DNA from: Heterodontus francisci
Taxonomy: Eukaryota
Direction of reading: 5' to 3'
Assembly (NCBI RefSeq): GCF_036365525.1
Contig: NC_090381.1
Coordinates: forward strand, 64,070,950-64,134,949
Length of the DNA stretch: 64,000 nucleotides
A model generated the notes under the pieces. That model searched no databases. It worked only from the letters and a program-made list of their open reading frames with translations, and was not told the origin of the DNA. Position numbers and translations under genes: made by a program. The first letter of the stretch is position 1. Each line of letters begins with the position of its first letter. Shown one piece after another: positions 37,587-52,376 of the stretch.

Positions 37587-39012
37587 ATAACCAGAGTCTG
37601 TTTTCCATGGTAGGGGTGACTGAAATTAGAGGGTATAGATTTAAGGTGAGAGGGAGGAGGTTTAAAGGGGATCAAAGGGGTAAATTTTTCACACAAAGCA
37701 TAATGGGTATCTGGAATGAGCTGCCTGAGGAGGTGGTGGAGGCAGGAGCAGTAGCGACATTTAAGAGGCATCTGGACAAGTACTTGAATGAGCAAGGTAT
37801 AGAGGGATATGGAATTAATGCAGGCAGGTGGGATTAGTATAGATAGGCATTATGGTCGGTATGGACGCGGTGGGCCGAAGGGCCTGTTTCTATGCTGTAT
37901 GACTCTATGACATCACATCTACAAGCAGTATGAGAATCAATGTATTTTAAGTGGCTACTAGGCTGCAGAGATTCAGTGCTATTTCTAAATAAGGTATTAA
38001 AGATTGTGATTCTTTTAATCATGTGAATTTGGTTAAATTTTTATCGGGAGGAAATGCAAGTTAGTGAGTTACAAATATTGAAAGTTTGGAGCTGGTGACT
38101 TTTGCTTTTGAGTTCTTTCTTCATGTAGGATTAGTATAAATGGCAGACTCGGTGGGCTGAAGGGCCTGTTTCAGTGCTGTATCTCTCTATGACTCTATGA
38201 CTATGGGCTTTCTACTTCAGGTGAACCTATTTTCTGTGAATTCATTTGTCACTCATATCTGACATGTGAAGTGTTGCAGTATTTAAAATTTATTTGATAT
38301 GCACTGGCTCCATTATCAATCAAACTGTCATTTCATAAGTATTAAGGGTAGCATTATTGTAAAGCTTTGGAAATATTGATTATTTTTTTGAGTAATCTGT
38401 TCCATTTAGCACTTTCAGATTGCCAGTATACAAAATATTCATCAGTTTTGCTGTTGCTTTGTCAGGATCCGCTTTTATGGGATTCCTTTGGTGGATCCAT
38501 ACATGTTTATGCAAATGTTTGTAGAATTCAAACATTTTTCTAAGAATACCATTTTTGCAGTACAAATAAACTTGTACCATTTCCCTTTCCTCAGGTCCCC
38601 CAAATGTAGATATAGATGAGTAAAGATCAGTGAAGTCTTTGTTTTGGAATTATGCTTATTATGAGACTTACTCACAGAACTTTGTGTTAGTATTAATAAA
38701 CATCTCATCAGAAATTTTACACTTGCGTTTTTGGAGCAGTGGACTTTAAAGTTAAAACTTTAGCTTCTAAACTCTTTTTGGACTTTTTAATTCTAAATTA
38801 AGCTTGATCTAACTCGAAAAATTAGTTGAAAAAGGATTTTGACTATTTCCTCAAAGTGAGGAGGAATGTTAATTTTCACTCTTTCAGGGCAGTCTTTGTG
38901 AGAATACTGATGCAAGACCAAAGTGTTTAAAATACCTATTTATTGTAAGTGGAGTTGAAATTCTGAATCTATTGCCTTTTCTTCACTGCTGTAAGTCAGT
39001 TCCTGCTGATGA

Positions 39013-39189
<177 letters not shown>

Positions 39190-39277
39190 TAAGTAATTTC
39201 TAGATAAATATTATTTGTATAATTGTATGGATGATGTTCTGGAGCGTCACATTGTTAACAGAGATTCGTATTTCTAG

Positions 39278-39376
39278 GGTGGCACAAAAGAGAGAAGATG
39301 CAGTTTCTAAGGAGGTCACTCGGAAACTGTCAGAGGCTGACAATAGGAAGATGTCTCGCAAAGAAAAGGATGAAAG
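39278..39376 (+). CDS. SSR3: SSR3 coding exon 3
   Basis: [32 protein letters not shown](R); preceded by an 89-bp intron, with AG/GT boundaries in frame. Confidence 0.99.
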
Positions 39377-40662
39377 GTGTGTTTTTTTAAGTTTTTAAAG
39401 TTATAGTAGACACTGTCTTAAAAGTTGAGACCAGCAAAATATGCAAAAGTTAATTTGTATGTAAGATTGTAATGTGTGCAAAGTTGGGTTGTATGTTACA
39501 CTTCTGAGTTTTTTTTTAAGCAAACACAGCGAGTAGCCAGCTAGTAACAAGGTTGAGCTGTTTATTCCACGTTTGTGGCTGTCTGTTGTGTTTAAGTGGA
39601 CGCCAGTACCAAAATGATTCTGCTATTCTGTCCTAAATTTTGTTCTCAGAATTCTAAAGCTGAGTAACATTCGGTCTCTCGTCTGAAGGTGCATCACCAT
39701 TTATGTAAAAATTATACCTCCAGCCCCACAAATCTGATTCTAAACCGAACTCTTATGAATCTCTGTACCATTTTGGTGTTCTATGCTTTAATACATAGCT
39801 ACTAGTCTGTGAATGTTCAAGGGATTTAAGGGCAGTAACCCTTGTTTTATAACTCCAACAGTCATGGAGAAAGCCCTACTTAGAAATGATATCCGAGAGG
39901 ATTGATTTTTGTTACTTTATCGAGTGGCTTGGAGCCTGAATGGTGCAGTGAGTTGTTCTATTCCTTTATCCTTCTAGCTCTTGGCTTTCAATGCAGTCTA
40001 GGCTCACAGACGAACTCCAAATAAATTTGACACTGTCAGTTTGGTTTCTAAAGGACATTATCACACTTGACAAAATGCCAATATCACCCAGAGAAGATGT
40101 AAAATGGCTGGTGTGAGAAGTGCAAAAAATTGGCAGTTGTGCAGTTGTTGGTCTATAGAAGATGAAACTTTAGTTTCCAGCATCAACTGCATTCAGGAAA
40201 GCGAGATCTACATGTGACCCAGCAGGCAGTCCTTAAGGGTCTGCTGCAGATTGCTACCAAAAAGTTAAGTTTGTTTTTAAAAACAAAAACACTTACTTGA
40301 ATGTGCAGCCAGGAGCACTTCCTAATCCTAGCCACTGCTACCTTCCCTCCTGAATGCCCTCCTCTCCTGGTCCCTTTAAGAACTTACAGAAGTGGAGCAA
40401 TCTTCGAGGCCACTTTAGCAAACTGTCTGGGGATGCCCAATAGTTGTCGGCAGCTCAGCCAGTTCGCTGATGATGAGGCTTAAGGCCCAATATTCGGTGT
40501 GTTTCTGGCCTATCTATTTAGGCACAAGGGTCAATTCCAGTGGCTCATACACCTGTTTTTGGATGCAAACAAAATTTTACCCTTTGTGTAGCATTTGCAC
40601 AGAATGTGTGGTACTTTTTCCTAGGCATGTATCTATGGCTTTAGCAAGCCATGCTTAATTAA

Positions 40663-41673
<1,011 letters not shown>

Positions 41674-41740
41674 AAACTACATCCTGTCCATTTGTGCTTC
41701 ATCTGGGTTGATTGCTCTTCTTTCTACAGGCTCAAAGTAA
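41674..41740 (+). CDS. SSR3: SSR3 coding exon 5 (last)
   Basis: NYILSICASSGLIALLSTGSK*. Total CDS is 133+127+99+132+67 = 558 nt, or 185 aa plus stop. Confidence 0.99.
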
Positions 41741-41945
41741 TTGCCTCTGGCTTTCTTAGTGAGCTGGTGTCAAGAATGGAATGGTCTGTGTTCTTAAGGA
41801 TAAGGTCATTTAGATTTTAAAGGTCTGTAAAGTTGAGACCTGAAACCACAGAATTGGCCACAACTGAGACAACTACAGTTCTATGAACTGTATTTTTTAA
41901 AAATAATATACCTGCATTCCATGTTATCAGTTATGGATGTACTGT

Positions 41946-41951
41946 AATAAA
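41946..41951 (+). terminator. Candidate SSR3 polyadenylation signal AATAAA
   Basis: First AATAAA after the stop codon, followed by a U/GU-rich tract (gagtttttgtttgg). Confidence 0.55.
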
Positions 41952-42360
41952 GTGAATGCATTTTGCAACCAGAGTTTTTGTTTGGAAGTCTATTATTAGA
42001 AGTTTGCAATTTTGCTATATTTATAAATTTTATATTTATAACACACGCACACACTGGATTTATCAATGTTTCAGATACTGTAAAATTTGATAAGTTAAAC
42101 TACTGGTGTCAAACCCAGACATTGAGAATTGGGCTCAAGTGTATGTGGTGTATTGTGTTGATACTTTATATATGTTAAGTGAATTAATTACAAATAGCTG
42201 CACAAATAATTTCATATTTCACTTTTTTGTATATGCTATGCATAGACTCATACTAATTATGAAAATCTGTACACTTGACACACAAGAAATAATTACTAAT
42301 TTTCAGAAGTATCTGAATATATCTGACTGCACACAGTTCAGAATGATCAGAATGCAAATG

Positions 42361-44636
42361 TTTCTTTTATTCGCTCATGGGATGTGGGCGACGCTGGCTT
42401 GGCCAGCATTTATTGCCCAACCCTAATTGCCCTTGAGAAGGTGGTGGTGAGCTTCCTTCTTGAACTGCTGCAGTCTGTGGGTGTAGATACACCCGCAGTG
42501 CTGTTCTGAAGGGAGTTCCAGGATTTTGACCAAGCAACAGTGAAGGAACAGCAATATAGTTCCAAGTCAGGATGGTGTGCTGCTTGGAGGGGAACTTGCA
42601 GATGGTGGTGTTCCTATGCATCAGCTGCCCTTGGCCTTCTAGATGGTAGAGTTCTGGGTTTGGAAGATGCTGTCTAAGGAGGTTTGGTGAGTTGCTGCAG
42701 TGCATTCTGTAGATGGTACACACTGTGCGTCGATGGTGAAGATGGTGGATGGGTTGCCAATCAAGCGGGCTGCTTTGTCCTGGATGGTGTCGAGCTTCTT
42801 GAGTGTTGGAGTTGCAGCCATCCAGGCAAGTGGAGCATGTTCCAGCACACTCCTGGCTTGTGCCTTGTAGATGGTGGACAGGCATTGGGGAGTCAGAGTT
42901 CAGCTCTTTTGTCCATGTTTGGACAAAGGCTGTAATGAGGTCAGGAGCTGAGTGGCCCTGGCAGAACCCAAACTGAGCATCAGTGAACAAGTTATTGCTG
43001 AGCAAGTACCGCTTGATAGCACTGTCAATGACCGCTTCCATCATTTTGCTGCTGATCGAGAGTAGACTGATTGGGCTGAAATTGGCTGGGTTGCATTTGT
43101 CCTGCTTTTTGTGTACAGGACATACTTGGGATGTTTTGCAGGTAGATGCCAGTGTTGTAGCTGTATTGGAACAACTTGGCTAGGAGCGTGGCTAGTTCTG
43201 GACCACAAGTCTTCAGTTCTATTGCCGGGATGTCGGGACCCGTAGCATTTGCAGTATCCAGTGCCTTCAGCCTTTCATGATATCACGTGGAGTGAATCGG
43301 ATTGGCTGATGCTGGGGACCTCAGGAGGAGGCCGAGATGGATCACCCACTTGGCACTTCTGGCTGAAGATGAATGCAAATGCTTCAGCCTTGTCTTTTTT
43401 CACTGATGTGCTGGACTTCCCCATTGTTGATTCTGGGGATATTTGTGGAGTCTCCTCCTCCTGTTAGTTGTTTAATTGTCCACCACTGTTCACGATTGGA
43501 TGTGGCAGGACTGCAGAGCATGGATCTGATGCATTGGTTGTGGAATCGCTTAACCCTGTCCATCACATGTTGCTTCTGCTGTTTGGTATGAAAGTAGTCC
43601 TGTGTTGTAGCTTCATCAGGCTGTCACCTAATTTTTAAATATGCCTAGTGCTGCTCCTGGCATGCTCTCCTGCAGTCTTCATTGAACCAGGGTTGATCCC
43701 TTAGCTTGATGGTATTGGTAGAGTGGGGGATATGCCGAGCCATGCGGTTACAGATTGTGGTTGAATACAATGCTGCTGCTGATGGCCCACTGCGCCTCAT
43801 GGATGCCCAGTTTTGCATTGCTAGATCTGTTCAAAATTTATCCCATTTAGCACGGTGGTAGTACCACACAACATGATGGTGGGTATCCTCAATGTGAAGA
43901 TGGGACTTGGTCTCCACAAGGACTGTGCAGTGGTCACTCCTACCAATACTGTCATGGATAGATGCATCTGCGGCAGGTAGATTGGTGAGGGCGAGGGCAA
44001 GTAGATTTTTCCCTCTTGGTTCCCTCACCACCTGCTGCAGACCCAGTCCAGCAGCTATGTCCTTTAGGACTCGGTCAGTAGTGGTGCTACTGAGCCACTC
44101 TTAGTGATAGATATTGAAGTTCCCCACCCAGAGTACATTCTGTGCCATTGCTACCCTCAGTGCTTCTTCCAATTGGTGTTCAACATGGAGAAGCACTGAT
44201 TCATCAGCCGAGGGGTGCGGTAGATGGTGATCAGGAGGCTTCCTTGCCCGTGTTTGACTTGATGCCATGAGAATTCATGGGGTCTGGAGTCAATGTTGAC
44301 GACTCCCTGGGCAACTCCCTCTACTGTATACCACTCTGCCACCACCTCTGGTGGGTCTGTGCTGCCGTTGGGACAGAACATACCCAGGGATGGTGATGGT
44401 GGTGTCAGGGACATTACCTGTAAGGCATGGTTCTTTGAGTATGAATATGTTAGGCTGTTGCTTGACTAGTCTGTGGGACAGCTCTCCCAATTTTGGCAAA
44501 AACCCCCATATGTTAGTAAGAAGGACTTTGCGGGGCCGACAGGGCTGGGTATGCCGTTGTCATTTCCAGTGCCAAGGTCGATGCCGCGTGGTCTGTCCAG
44601 TTTCATTCCTTTTCTTACACTTTGTAGTGGTTTTAT
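42361..44636 (-). mobile_element. Single-ORF CR1-group LINE, internally deleted
   Basis: Minus ORFs MPKLGELSHRLVKQQP, QFGFCQGHSAPDLITA and LKKLDTIQDKAARLIG; 3' tail at 42361-42440. Confidence 0.95.
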
Positions 44637-44785
44637 GAAGAATTTCAGTTGGAATAATGATTGTTGGGGATTTCTAAAAGAATATTACACCTCATTGCAA
44701 TTTGAGGATAGTGCTTAGAATCAGTGCGTTACTTTTAAGCATTGTGTTATTTTTAGGAGGGGTAGAATAGGAGTTGCAATAGTGT

Positions 44786-45380
44786 TGACATAAGGACATA
44801 AGAAATAGGAGCAGGAGTAGGCCATTCGGCTTCTCAAGCCTGCCCCGCCATTCCATAAGATCATGGCTGATCTGCCCCAGACTTCAACTCCTCTTTCGTG
44901 CCATCTCCTCCTAGCCCTCAACTCCCTGATATTTCTAAAATCTGTCTACCTCCTCTTTAAATACTTGCAGTGATCTAGCCTCCACAACTCTGGGATAGAA
45001 AATTCCAGATATTCACTACCCTCTGAGAGAAGAAATTCCTTCGCATCTCAGTTTTAAATGAGTGACCTCTTATTCTGTAACTATGTCCCCTAGTTTGAGA
45101 TTCCTCCACAAGTGGAAACATCATCTCAACATCTACCTGTAAAGCCCCCTCAGAATCTTGTACGTTTCAGTGAGATCACCCCTCATTCTTTTAAACTCTA
45201 ATGAATAAAGGCCTAACCTGTTTAGCCGTTCTTGATAAGTCAACCCCTTCATCAGCCTAGTGAATCTCTTTTGAACTGCCTCCAATACAGGGAACAACAT
45301 TGTACACCGTACTCCAGGTGCGGCCTTACCAACACCCTGTACAGTTGTAACAAGACTTCTCTTTTTAAACTCCAAAGAGT
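44786..45380 (-). mobile_element. CR1 LINE 3' fragment
   Basis: LGLYSLEFKRMRGDLTETYKIL and a (CTTATGT)-type tail. Confidence 0.9.
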
Positions 45381-45574
45381 AATCCAAAGATTAAACGGGA
45401 TGGTTATTACTGGGATTATAATTGTAGGAGGGAAATGGAAGAGGAAATCTCAACAGATATGGGATAAGAATGGGAATGATAAAAGTATGAGGCTATTAGC
45501 ATTGTTGCTTATAAGGAGGTAGCAACAGAAGATAGAAATTGAGTACTTCCAGTGATTGAGGGGACAACACAACA

Positions 45575-46560
45575 AAACACCTTTTATTTATATAGCACCT
45601 TTCACATAATAACGTGTCCCAAGTTGCTTCATAGGAGCATTATAAAGCAAAATAAGACATTGAGCTACATCGGGTGATATTAGATGGCCAAAAGCTTGGT
45701 CAAAGAGATTTAGATTTTAGATTTTTAGATTTAGAGATACAGCACTGAAACAGGCCCACCGAGACCTTGCCGACCATTAACCACCAATTTATACTAATCC
45801 TACACTAATCCCATATCCCTACCACATCCTCACCTGTCCCTATATTCCCCTACCACCTACCTATACTAGGGGCACTTTATAATGTCATTTTACCTATCAA
45901 CCTGCAAGTCTTTTGGCTGTGGGAGGAAACCGGAGCACACGGCGAAAACCCACGCAGACACAGGGAGTACCCAGAATTGAACCCGGGTCGCTGGAGCTGT
46001 GAGGCTGCGGTGCTAACCACTGTGCCATTGATTTTACGAAGCATCTTAAAGGAAGAAAGGCAGGGAAGTTTATAGCAATCCAGAGCTTAGTGCCTAGACA
46101 ACTGAAGGCACGGAAATGGTGGAGCAATTAAAATCAGAGATGCTCAAGTGGTCAGCATTAGATGAATGCAAATATCTGAGGTTTGTGGGGCTGCAGGAGA
46201 TTACAGAGATAGAGGGGTCAGGTAATGGAGGGATTTGAAAACACAGATAGTTTTAAAATTGTGGCATTGCTTGACAGGGAGCCTTGTGGGTCAGCAAGCA
46301 CAAGGGTGATAGGTGAATGGGACTTGGTGCAAGTAAGGACATGAGCAGAAGAGTTTTGGAAGACCTCAAGTTTATGGAGAGTATAATGTGGAAGACCAGC
46401 CAGGAGTGTGTTGGAATAGTCATGTCTAGAGGTAACAAAAGCATGATTGAGGTTTTCAGCAGAAAATGAGACTGGCCGAAGTTGGGTGATACGGCGGTGG
46501 AAATAGGTGGTCTTAGTGATGGTTTGTCTTTGTGGTCAGGAGTTCATCTCTGGGTCAAAT
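45575..46560 (-). mobile_element. L2 LINE 3' fragment, interrupted by an HE1-type SINE
   Basis: L2 3' end (tttatatagcacctttt...cccaagttgcttca) and SPIHLSPLCLL-like coding. Confidence 0.7.
45708..46027 (-). mobile_element. HE1-type V-SINE
   Basis: Reverse-complement similarity to 37240-37586, with a (TCTAAA)n tail. Confidence 0.9.
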
Positions 46561-46741
46561 GTGAAGTAAATGTTTATAGATTTAACACTTTAGCATCCTT
46601 CAATACAAGTTTTGATATTTCTGTTATTGACATGCTAAGGAATAATATAATAGCATTAAATTCTTCAGAACTGCAAATGAGGGTACTGCTCAGAATGGAA
46701 ACTTTAAGCTCTGCGATGTACAAGATTTTGTGCTAAAGAAG

Positions 46742-47349
46742 AAATAGAACATAGAACATTACAGCGCAGTACAGGCCCTTCGGCCCTCGATGTTGCGCCG
46801 ACCTGTGAAACCATCTGACCTACACTATTCCATTTTCATCCATATGTCTATCCAATGACCACTTAAATGCCCTTAAAGTTGGCGAGTCTACTACTGTTGC
46901 AGGCAGGGCGTTCCACGCCCCTAATACTCTCTGAGTAAAGAAACTACCTCTGACATCTGTCCTATATCTATCACCCCTCAACTTAAAGCTATGTCCCCTC
47001 GTGTTTGCCATCACTATCCAAGGAAAAAGACTCTCACTATCCACCCTACCTAACCCTCTGATTATCTTATATGTCTCTATTAAGTCACCTCTCCTCCTCC
47101 TCCTAACGAAAACAACCTCAAGTCCCTCAGCCTTTCCTCGTAAGACCTTCCCTCCATACCAGGCAACATCCTAGTAAATCTCTGCACCCTTTCCAAAGCT
47201 TCCACATCCTCCCTATAATGCGGTGACCAGAACTGCACGCAATACTCCAGGTGCGGCCACACCAGAGTTTTGTCCAGCTGCAGCATGACCTCGTGGCTCC
47301 GAAACTCGATCCTCCTACTAATAAAAGCTAACACACCATATGCCTTCTA
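46742..47349 (-). mobile_element. Young CR1 3' fragment
   Basis: PHLEYCVQFWSPHY, FFTQRVLGAWNALP and a (TTCTATG)n tail. Confidence 0.95.
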
Positions 47350-47610
47350 TACAAGATGTATGTTAGAATTAGAGCAACTTGCTGTCTATATCCTAACTTG
47401 TGCAAGTCCATTCCCCCATTATCTCTGCTCAATGGCCTACTTTGGCTTCTGATTCACCAATGCCTTGATTTTTTAAAAACTCTATGTTCAGGTCTCTGTG
47501 ACCTTGCCCCCGCCATATCTCAAACATCTTGCAGGCCTCAACCCTCCGAGAACTCTGGCATGTACAAGTGATTTGATGTTGCATTTCAGTGTGATTGTTG
47601 GGTTTGTAAC

Positions 47611-47975
47611 TTTTTTTTTAATGTTCATTCATGGGATGTGGGCGTTGCTGGCTAGGCCACCATTTATTGCCCATCCCTAATTACCCTTGAGAAGGTGGTG
47701 GTGAGCTGCCTTCTTGAACCGCTGCAGTCCATGTGAGGTAGGTACACCCACAGTGCTGTTAGGAAGGGAGTTCCAGGATTTTGACCCAGCAACAGTGAAG
47801 GAACGGCGATTATAGTTCCAAGTCAGGATGGTGTGTGACTTGGAGGGGAACTTGCAGGTGGTGGTGTTCCCATGCATTTGTTGCCCTTGTCCTTCTCGTT
47901 GGTAGAGGTCGCGGGTTTGGTAGGTGCGGACTAAGGAGCCTTGGTGCTTTGCTGCAGTGCATCTTGTCGATGGTA
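47611..47975 (-). mobile_element. 3' end of the single-ORF CR1-group LINE
   Basis: Reverse complement of 62585-62945. Confidence 0.9.
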
Positions 47976-48562
47976 TTCATTAATACCGTGCCTTTTTAAC
48001 AGCTTGTTTTCCTGTTCAGTTCTGTTCTTGTGCAGCAGCTCATGAATTTGCCACCATATGTGCTGTTATAATTAAGTCTTCTGATTAGTCCTGGTTTCTC
48101 ATTAAACTTGCAGCAGTGATGCAGCAACAAGTAGCTTAAGTTAGTAATACTTCGTGCAGAACAGAACAAATTAACTGACACAATCTTATGCCTGTACCTA
48201 ATCAATTTTATTTTCTATATATGCATATTTTAATCAAATCAGATACAGCTATAACAGTTTTTACCATTGAGCAAAAGATATATGAACTGTAATTTAAATC
48301 TGGTAACTAGCCAGAGTGCATAGTACTCAGATGTGTTTAATTATGTGACAGTATTAAAGTAAGTGAGAGTGTACTACCTGATCATCCTACAATTAATGCA
48401 ACTTTCTCTTTTACCTCTCATGGTTAACTTTCCACTTCTGCACTGTTACTGTGCTAGCTTTCAGTAACAAATGTCATGTTTTCTGCAAGGGAAACTGTAT
48501 AACAGATTTTATTAACTGGTTTCTTAAATAATTAAAACCATCTCAACTTGTTTTAATATATA

Positions 48563-49545
48563 TGAACAAAGGAACAGTAGTATGTCATTCAGCCCCTTGA
48601 GTCTGTTCCACCATTCAATCAGATCATGGCTGATCTATACCTTAGTTACATACACATGCCATTGATTCATTTCTCTCTATACCCTTACCTAATAAATTTG
48701 TCGACCTTAGTCGTGAAAATTTCAATTGACCTAGTATCCACATCCTTTTCGGGAAAGAGAATTCCATGTTTCCATTGTCCTTTGTGTGGAAAAAGTGCAT
48801 CCTGATTTGACTCCTAAGGGCCTGGCTCTCATTTTAAGATTGTGCCCCTTGTTCTGGATTCCCCTCACCAGAGGAAATAGCTTCTCTATATCTAAAATTG
48901 AATCCTTCATCATTTTAAATAACTGAATCTTCATAATTCAAGGGATTGCAACCCATTTATGTAACCTGCTGTTACAATTTAATTCTTCAAGGCTTGTATC
49001 ATTTTGGTAAATATGCACTGTACCCTCTTGAGGCCAAATAACCTTCCTCAGGTGTAGTGCCTAAAAGTGAACCAAGGGCTTTGTACAGCTTAAATATAGC
49101 TTTCCCGCCCCCTTTGTATTTCAACCCCCATGAGATAAAGACCAACGTTCCTTTAGCCTTTTTGAGTACGTTCTGTACCTGTGCACTAGTTTTTAATGAT
49201 TTATGTACCTGTACCCTTTGTTCTGCCAGAGTTTCTCTTGTCTCAGCAGTAAGTAAGTATTCCGATTTGTCTGTCTTGGATCCAAAGTGGATTACCTCAC
49301 ACTTCCCCACGTTCCACTGGTTCTGTCATTGTTTTGCCCACTCACTTAATCTGTCTATGTAATTTTAAACTTTCAGCTCGCTTCTACACAACTTAGCGTT
49401 TTGTAAATTAGTGTCATCTGCAAACATGGATATGCTGCTCTCTCTTCCTTCACCCAAGTTTGACATATGGTGAAAAGCTGAGACCCCAGTATGGATCCCT
49501 AGGGAACACCATTTGTCACATTCAGCCAAAGTACATTTCCTTTAT
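48563..49545 (-). mobile_element. Degenerate CR1 LINE
   Basis: GKCEVIHFGSK and FADDT-like motifs, with the CR1 3' end near 48570. Confidence 0.85.
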
Positions 49546-50288
49546 CCCTACTCTCTCTCCCAATCAATTAAAGCATTAAAAATTGGACATTTATCTAACA
49601 GGAGGCGGGTTAGGTTCATGGACCTTTTATACAGTGACTGTTGCTTTCTGAAAAAGGCACTCAGCAGTTGTGTGTGTCAAAGAAAGCTATGTGGTTTAAT
49701 GTGTGTTTGTAATACATTTACAGTGCAGTTTACGCTTTTACCATTGCATACTGATTCATTAGTGACATATCTGCTTATTTAGTCTGGAATAGGTTAAAAC
49801 GAGCATTTGTTTTCAGTATATTTTACTGAAATATAAATATCTGAAATGCATCTTTGGGTTTCAATTGACTGATGTAAACACTTTTAGACTCTTGTCCTAA
49901 AAAGAAATTGTAAATTCCAGCATAAAGCAAACATGTACATGCCTATGATCTGTAATTCACTGGGGAAGGTTCCGATGGGAGGAAGAAAATTGCTTAAACT
50001 TGGTACTAGAATTGAGAATCCAAAGATAAACAAGCTGTGAACTTGCTTCTGTTTTTTTTTACATTATAAGCAAAGAGATAAATATATAACTCAGTTTTGG
50101 TGAGTAGAAAACTCCAGGAACCAACTTAATCTGAGAGATTATAAATGTGCTTCTCTCATTGCATGGGCATGCGCCTGTGGGAATTCAGCAGGAAACAGCT
50201 TTAGATTCACATTAGCCAGACAGTGGTCCAGCAAGTAAAGAGTACCACTTTCATCATGCAGTCCCAGTCGTTATCATGCATCTTTAAA

Positions 50289-50378
50289 TTAGGATCTGTA
50301 GTCCTTCTTGTTTAATGGTTTGTTGCCAAGAATGTTGTCGATCTCATTCACAATCTGTGTTGTCAACTTTGAGAGAAC
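50289..50378 (-). CDS. KCNAB1: Voltage-gated K+ channel beta subunit, last coding exon
   Basis: [29 protein letters not shown]; acceptor tttgcag. The paralog is assigned from the known KCNAB1-SSR3 convergent synteny. Confidence 0.93.
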   Translation of the reverse strand, partial: VLSKLTTQIVNEIDNILGNKPLNKKDYRS

Positions 50379-50464
50379 CTGCAAATTTTAGAAATGTTTC
50401 AGTAAGTAACTGAGGAAAGAAGTCCTGAAAGTATTTTGACAATACAGACCAGACAAAAAAGGAT

Positions 50465-51218
50465 TTGCAACTTGCATTTATATAGCATCTGTCAGGAACT
50501 CGGGACATTCCTAAGTGCTTTGCATTCAATGAAATACCTTTTGAAGAGTAGTCGCTGTTGTAATATGGGAATCACAGCAGCCAATTTGTACACAGCGAGA
50601 CCCATAACAATGTGAAAAAGAGCACATTTTTTGTTGGGTGATCTTGGTTGAGGGATAAATACTGGCCAGGACCGGGGGGGAACTCCCTATGGTATTATTT
50701 TGAAGAAGAGCTAAAGATCTTTTATGTCCACCTCGGAGGACAGATGGGTCCTTGGTTTAATGTCTCATCCAATAGAGGGCACCTCAAACAGTGCTGAACC
50801 CCCTCATAACTATGCACTGGAATGTTTGGCTTCGGTTGTAGGCTCAAGTCTCTGGACTGGTACTGTGAACCTAAAACCTCTGACTCTGAGGCAAGAGTGC
50901 TACAAACCAGCGACCCGGGTTCGATTCTGGGTACTGCCTGTGCGGAGTTTGCAAGTTCTCCCTGTGACCGCGTGGGTTTCCAGCGGGTGCTCCAATTTCC
51001 TCCCACAGCCAAAGAGTTGCAGGTTGATAGGTTAAATTGGCCATTGTAAATTGCACCTAGTGTTGGTAGGGGAATTGAGGGGATGTGGTAGGAATATGGG
51101 ATTAATGTAGGATTAGTATAAATGGGTGGTTGATGGTCGGCACAGGCTCGGGCCGAAGGGCCTGTTTCAGTGCTGTATCTCTAAATAAATAAATAAATAA
51201 ACCGAGTCACAGCTGACT
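50465..51218 (-). mobile_element. Deu-domain SINE (SacSINE1/AmnSINE1-like) with L2 tail, split by an HE1 insertion
   Basis: Deu-like blocks (ggtttaatgtctcatcc, ggttgagggataaata.tggccagga), an L2 tail (acttgcatttatatagc), and a head that resumes at 51204 (gagtcacagctgac). Confidence 0.75.
50909..51198 (+). mobile_element. 5'-truncated HE1-type V-SINE
   Basis: V-domain, CR1-type tail and (TAAA)n; AAACC duplicated at 50904-08 and 51199-203. Confidence 0.9.
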
Positions 51219-52376
51219 CTAGATTAGGAGAAAGCACAGGCCTGATGTAAAGTCCGTAGAGTTTCATGTATTGCTACTTTGCATTTATAACGGTAATGGA
51301 TAAACGTGTACCAGATTTGAGTGGCTGGACTGAAGCAGTTAATTTTGTGTAGCTTGCCCCACATGAATCCTCCTTATTCAAACTGACTTGTTGGTACCCC
51401 TCTCCCTTGAAATGGCAACAACTGATGAAATAAGGGTTGCATTGTAAAGTAGAACTAATGCAACCTGTTCTTACTTATATTATAAAAGCAATATTTTTAA
51501 TTGGTGGAAAAATAAACAATTTTATAAAACATACCACCGTATGGAATTGTATTTCCTATTTGCAGAAATTAACTATGCTAAGTTACAGGGGAGGGAATGG
51601 TTTTTGATTTGGACATACTTTGGCAGTCGGTGAGCAGGGTTTCCATTCTGCCCAAAGCAATTGTGGGGGGTGCGGGGCAATAATTCTGTGGTTGAATCAG
51701 CGAGCTGCCAGTGAGTTGGGGGTGGACAATCTTGTTGGGCCCGCAGTAACATTTTAAAGGAGCAGCAGTTTATGGTGGTAGGGAAATTATTTGTAGCGCT
51801 TACAGCAGAAAGGAAATCACACGTTGGAAGTCTTTAGGCCTCAAAACACAGGCAACTGCCAGACCTTTTTCCAACTTTCCCTAATGCAACTAAGGATCTC
51901 TTTAAATATTGATGAAAATGGCCACCTCCCACATTGAACTGCCCACAGTTTGTGCCAGGTTAAGGAACTGGTGGTAGTCAAAAATGGTGTTGGATCTTAA
52001 CTGGGCAATTTTATTCCAACATGAACAATTTTCACATAGGAAGAATAAGGAATAAACAATATATTTGTTTGAAGCAACACTGGAGAACCAAGAGAGAATT
52101 AGAGCATTACTGAACAAGTGTTTAGTATTAAGATTGTAAAATGTAACAGATTAGAATGAACACAATTTATTTCCCCTGTAACAGTTTTTTGATCTGCATT
52201 GTTCCTTTCTCTTCATTAAGTTTATCAGAGTACTAGTACTCCAATTTCTAAAGGGAGAGCTTTGATTCTGTTGATAGATTTCTCTTCCCTGCATTTTTTT
52301 TGTGTGGATTCCATTGTAAATATCAGAAGGTTTGTTTCAATGAATGAGTTGGTCAGAGTTTTCAATAATAACTTGC

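Larger units (their letters stand above)
35827..37910 (+). mobile_element. CR1 LINE in SSR3 intron 1, close relative of 30978-32615, split at 36740-37586
   Basis: Near-identical RT ORFs. The sequence ...GTAGATAAC at 36739 resumes as ATAAC-CAGAGTCTG at 37587. Confidence 0.95.
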
